Source: Paraspadella gotoi
Lineage: Eukaryota > Animalia > Chaetognatha
Assembly: GCA_051294375.1 (NCBI GenBank)
Contig: JBJCIZ010000265.1
Span: forward strand, 1 to 30,356
Reading direction: 5' to 3'
DNA length: 30,356 bases
The notes beneath the pieces are model-generated. The model had not been told where the DNA came from, ran no database searches, and was given only the letters and a program-made list of their open reading frames with translations. The number at the start of each line of letters is the position of its first letter. The first letter of the stretch is position 1. Position numbers and translations under genes: made by a program. Of the stretch, positions 29,331-30,356 are shown one piece after another.

Positions 29331-29874
29331 NNNNNNNNNNNNNNNNNNNNNNNNNGCAATAAGTCGGGCCAGAATTTTACATTTTTTACAATATGAAAAA
29401 GTCGGCAGTAAAAGTCTTTTGTCTTTTTACAACCAAATTGACTTATGATGTTAAATTTTGATGAAATTAATTTTCCTCATGCATGGAAGCATTTTAATAT
29501 TTAATAATATAAAAGAAATGCTTAAAATTTTTTTAAAGAAATTTAAATTATTAAAAATGGATTCTGATAAAGATTAAAAAGTTAGATAAAGGTTAGTACT
29601 ACAAATTCCAAAAAACTTTTATGATAAAATTTGATAATTATCATCATCATTTATTAATTAATTAATTAATTTTGTTNNNNNNNNNNNNNNNNNNNNNNNN
29701 NNNNNNNNNNNNNNNNNNNNNNNNNNNNNNNNNNNNNNNNNNNNNNNNNNNNNNNNNNNNNNNNNNNNNNNNNNNNNNNNNNNNNNNNNNNNNNNNNNNN
29801 NNNNNNNNNNNNNNNNNNNNNNNNNNNNNNNNNNNNNNNNNNNNNNNNNNNNNNNNNNNNNNNNNNNNNNNNNN
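29331..29874. other. Assembly gaps (N at 29331-29355 and 29676-29874)
   Basis: Runs of N. Confidence 1.
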
Positions 29875-30356
29875 TAAACAAATCAAGTTGTAATAATAAC
29901 CTTAATCTAACTTTAGAAGCTCTATCAGTCAAAAAAAATTGAATTATTAGATAAATAAAATATTTTTAAAAAAGAAAGCAATATATGTTTGAATAAATGA
30001 TATAGATTAAATACTAAAACCTTCATAAAATTATTAAAATATTAAAATAGAAAAATAAAAAATAGTGAAACAAGTAATTTGCAAATTTTCATAAATCTTA
30101 ATTTTTTATTTTTATAATGTTTAATAAACACATTATTAATATTTATACCGAACTTTTGTTAAGCAAAGGACATAATACTAACAAGCATCTAATAGATTTT
30201 CAGTTGTCTTTAAAGAATTTATGAAAACTAACAAGAGTTATATGAAAAAAGCCTTAATATTTTATGATCACTTGTCTTAACAACTGTAAAACAAAGCATG
30301 TAATAATACCTTATCCCACGTCTGTTTACAAACTAGAATGACTCAGTATTACATTT
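29356..30356 (+). repeat. Second copy of 21952-22660
   Basis: Colinear similarity starting at the first base after the gap. Confidence 0.9.

Noticed and set aside
29662-29932. ORFs spanning X residues
   Set aside because: Artefacts of the N gap

Overview
AT-rich, microsatellite-laden genomic DNA from an invertebrate-type animal. It reads as an unpolished long-read consensus: frequent 1-2 nt indels even inside exons, and two N gaps near the end. Most of the supplied ORFs are low-complexity artefacts. Manual exon stitching shows two tandem, same-strand, multi-exon paralogous genes (A 3507-10702, 11 exons; B 12891-~21836, at least 9 exons). Both encode highly divergent pentameric ligand-gated ion channel (Cys-loop, nAChR/5-HT3-like) subunits with a cation-type M1-M2 linker (ESGER). 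Both lack the loop A Trp, the loop B Trp and the loop C vicinal cysteines of acetylcholine receptors, and share private motifs (acidic loop C, N-terminal insert, CxxCFGQT in M3). Paralog B also reads Phe at the second Cys-loop Cys and Pro at the M2 9' gate. Three splice donors read GC rather than GT. Introns and flanks hold a five-copy MITE-like family with telomere-like internal repeats, a ~345-bp repeat in direct and inverted copies around the M1-M3 exons, tRNA-derived SINE-like elements, a 70-bp minisatellite, Helentron/DINE-1-like elements, a TRIM-like mini LTR element and LINE remnants. Protein readings need manual frameshift correction, so single-residue claims are provisional.
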